Shown here piece after piece: positions 63,392-64,000 of a DNA stretch of 64,000 nt. The translations under genes were made by a program, and so were the position numbers. The notes beneath the pieces are model-generated. The model saw only the letters and a list, made by a program, of their open reading frames with translations. It was not told where the DNA came from and did not search any database. Source of the DNA: Squalus acanthias. Taxonomy: Eukaryota. The stretch covers positions 17,112,001-17,176,000 of the forward strand of contig CM059437.1 of the NCBI GenBank assembly GCA_030390025.1. Reading direction: 5' to 3'. How positions within the stretch are numbered: the first letter of the stretch is position 1; each line of letters opens with the position of its first letter.

Positions 63392-64000
63392 TGCCCCAGG
63401 ACATCGCTGCAGGAGTTCCTCAGGGCAGTGTCCTAGGCCCAACCATCTTCAGCTGCTTCATCAATGACCTTCCCTCCAACATAAGGTCAGAAATGGGGAT
63501 GTTCGCTGATGACTGCACAGTGTTCAGCACCATTCACAACTCCTCAGATAATGAAGTAGTCCATGCTCGCATGCAACAAGACCTGAATGACATTCAGGCT
63601 TGGGCCGATAAGTGGCAGGTAACATTCGCGCCACAGAAGTGCCAGGCAATGACTATCTCCAACAAGCGAGAGTCTAATCACCTACCCTTGACATTCAATG
63701 GCATTACCATCGCCGAATCCCCCACCATCAACATCCTGGGGGTCACCATTGACCAGAAACTTAACTGGACCAGCCACATAAATACTGTGGCAACAAGAGC
63801 AGGTCAGAGGGGCAAGGTATTCTGCGGTGAGTGTCTCACCTCCTGACTCCCCAAAGCCTTTCCACCATCTACAAAGCACAAGTAAGGAGTGTGATGGAAT
63901 ACTCTCCACTTGCCTGGATGAGTGCAGCTCCAACAATACTCAAGAAGCTCGACACCATCCAGGACAAAGCAGCCCGCTTGATTGGCACCCCATCTACCAC
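63392..64000 (+). mobile_element. 5'-truncated CR1/L2-group LINE RT fragment, running off the window
   Basis: AGVPQGSVLGPTIFSCFINDL...MFADDCTVF...WADKWQVTFAPQKC...ILGVTIDQKLNW, with a frameshift near 63810. Confidence 0.9.

Overview
Vertebrate genomic DNA, most likely from a cartilaginous fish (shark-type Deu-domain SINEs, CR1/L2 LINEs, Harbinger elements and Penelope-derived repeats). The core is a convergent Dlx bigene cluster. Dlx4 is on the + strand (3 exons, 27811-32328, 248 aa) and Dlx3 on the - strand (3 exons, 47581-43933, 273 aa), with an 11.6 kb intergenic region. The genes lie in a ~33 kb CpG-retaining, transposon-poor domain flanked by transposon-rich DNA. Four observations stand out. 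(1) A young CR1 LINE has an AUG-less ORF2 in the -1 frame behind a U_UUA_AAC slippery heptamer at the ORF1 stop, a candidate programmed -1 frameshift. (2) A recently active Penelope-derived short element family carries minimal hammerhead ribozyme cores and has perfect 12-16 bp TSDs, including a 25 bp insertion in Dlx4 intron 2. (3) An intergenic homeodomain-site block resembles, from memory, the Dlx5/6 I56i enhancer. (4) A uORF ends in a TAATG stop-start overlap on the Dlx4 initiator. All calls were made by eye and no database searches were run.
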